DNA of 64,000 bases, from contig OZ241981.1 of the NCBI GenBank assembly GCA_965204345.1, forward strand, positions 352,001 through 416,000, written 5' to 3'. The notes under the pieces were generated by a model. That model worked only from the letters and a program-made list of their open reading frames with translations. It made no database searches and was not told the origin of the DNA. Position 1 is the stretch's first letter, and each line of letters starts with the position of its first letter. The translations under genes and the position numbers were made by a program. The stretch is from Nitrosopumilus sp. (GTDB taxonomy: Archaea; Thermoproteota; Nitrososphaeria; Nitrososphaerales; Nitrosopumilaceae). This document shows, piece by piece, positions 62,823 through 64,000 of this stretch.

Positions 62823-63407
62823 CTAAGGAAGTGTCAAAGATGGAGCCTGCCACATGTTGTTAGAATCCAACGTATAGCCAAGCATCTCTAAATTATCTGT
62901 CAATGCACTGCACAAACCATTTGTTGTTGGTAATACACATCTGAGTTCATACAATGATATCGCTGTGTCTATCGGTGTTGGCAAATCATCTGCATAGTTT
63001 TCTGGAATGAATACTCCAAACTCTATGCGAATTGACAGTTCTTCTGTTCCCAAAACATCCTCAATGTCTCCTGCATCTGGATATATTCCAAGACTTGGCA
63101 GTATCGGATCAAGCATCACAACTAGCTCTTCTGTCTCCTCATCGACAAAAGTTGCAGTAAATACCAGCTCATCAGCTATGGCATAATTGCCTTCTGAATG
63201 ATCTATCATGATATTGGTAATGGCGCTATGGCCTTTATACAGCTCATTTACAGTTCCAACCGGTCCCACCGTGCCGTCATCATCACTTATGACATCAAGA
63301 TTGCTCTTCTCTGAATTATCATCATTTACTAGCTGTGCAAAACTGATTCCTACTGGAACAATCAACAATACTGCAAAAATAGTTATTATTGTCTTGGCTG
63401 ATGCCAT
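62823..63407 (-). CDS. Secreted acidic hypothetical protein
   Basis: Signal peptide MASAKTIITIFAVLLIVPVGISFA; Asp/Glu-rich mature part. Confidence 0.75.
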   Translation of the reverse strand: MASAKTIITIFAVLLIVPVGISFAQLVNDDNSEKSNLDVISDDDGTVGPVGTVNELYKGHSAITNIMIDHSEGNYAIADELVFTATFVDEETEELVVMLDPILPSLGIYPDAGDIEDVLGTEELSIRIEFGVFIPENYADDLPTPIDTAISLYELRCVLPTTNGLCSALTDNLEMLGYTLDSNNMWQAPSLTLP

Positions 63408-63860
63408 ATGATATTATATTTGGAGTTTAATATAAGATAGATCATGGTTATACGATTTACAATCCGCAGATTTGAGTCATGCCAGATACATTTTAGGCAG
63501 AAATTCAGACCTGCCTGCCAGAAATGTTCTGCTGCAAAAAGGATCAGTTAATCAAAATGTGTCAGAACCCTAACGGTTCTGGTAAATTTTGGTGTTTTAT
63601 GCCACAAATCACAAATATAAGTCTGAACTACACTTTGAGATTTTTTCCTGACTGGATATCTAAGAAAATTATCTCTTGCAATTTACCGTTAAATTCCAGC
63701 AATCAGATCATCAAAATTTACCAAATCTAAATTGAACAGTCCTATAAAATGTCCCGAATTTTGAAGTGTACCGAATTTATCTCTCGTGCCTATTCCTCAT
63801 GAATGCAACAGAACCACAGATACAATTACTCTAAATATAATAAAAACAAGACAAAAGCAT

Positions 63861-64000
63861 ATGGTTCTAGTTGACAAGAAAATCCTGGCAGGAGGGCTGG
63901 CAATGATCATCATAGGAATCGCATTTGCAGCCACATCAGCAGAGCAGCCAATAGGACAGGCAGGAATGAGTGAGGAGGAAGTGATTGACTTGCTAGTAGC
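63861..64000 (+). CDS. Membrane protein, N-terminal part (runs off the window)
   Basis: MVLVDKKILAGGLAMIIIGIAFAA...GQAGMSEEEVIDLLV; open to window end. Confidence 0.7.
   Translation, partial: MVLVDKKILAGGLAMIIIGIAFAATSAEQPIGQAGMSEEEVIDLLV

Overview
The window reads as an archaeal chromosome segment from an ammonia-oxidising Nitrososphaerota (Nitrosopumilaceae-like). This rests on the archaeal r-protein set (S4e, RNase P Rpp29), EF-2 with the diphthamide loop, F420 PPOX, MqnD and thaumarchaeal-type surface motifs. Long intergenic gaps, several pseudogenes, two R-M systems, a giant adhesin and a multidomain S8 protease suggest a host-associated (e.g. sponge-symbiont) lineage, which is inference. 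Layout: 1-6.2 kb r-protein operon (L4 to L6), then tRNA-Asn, small conserved genes and a histone-H1-like protein; purC; a ~12 kb accessory block (fused PstI/BsuBI-like M+R gene, GNAT, dienelactone hydrolase, an AT-rich island with a tandem PvuII-fold endonuclease between two beta-class MTases); purF-purL-purQ; an RDD pseudogene; an 18.5 kb (6162 aa) Ig/cadherin-repeat surface protein; EF-2, MqnD, a divergent P-II; and a frameshifted secreted S8+S1 double protease. The most unusual non-gene signals are two unrelated intergenic units with identical 35 bp repeat/35 bp insert/35 bp repeat geometry (resembling off-target CRISPR spacer integration) and a dispersed 24-28 bp palindrome. All family assignments are from motif recognition by eye; no database searches were run.
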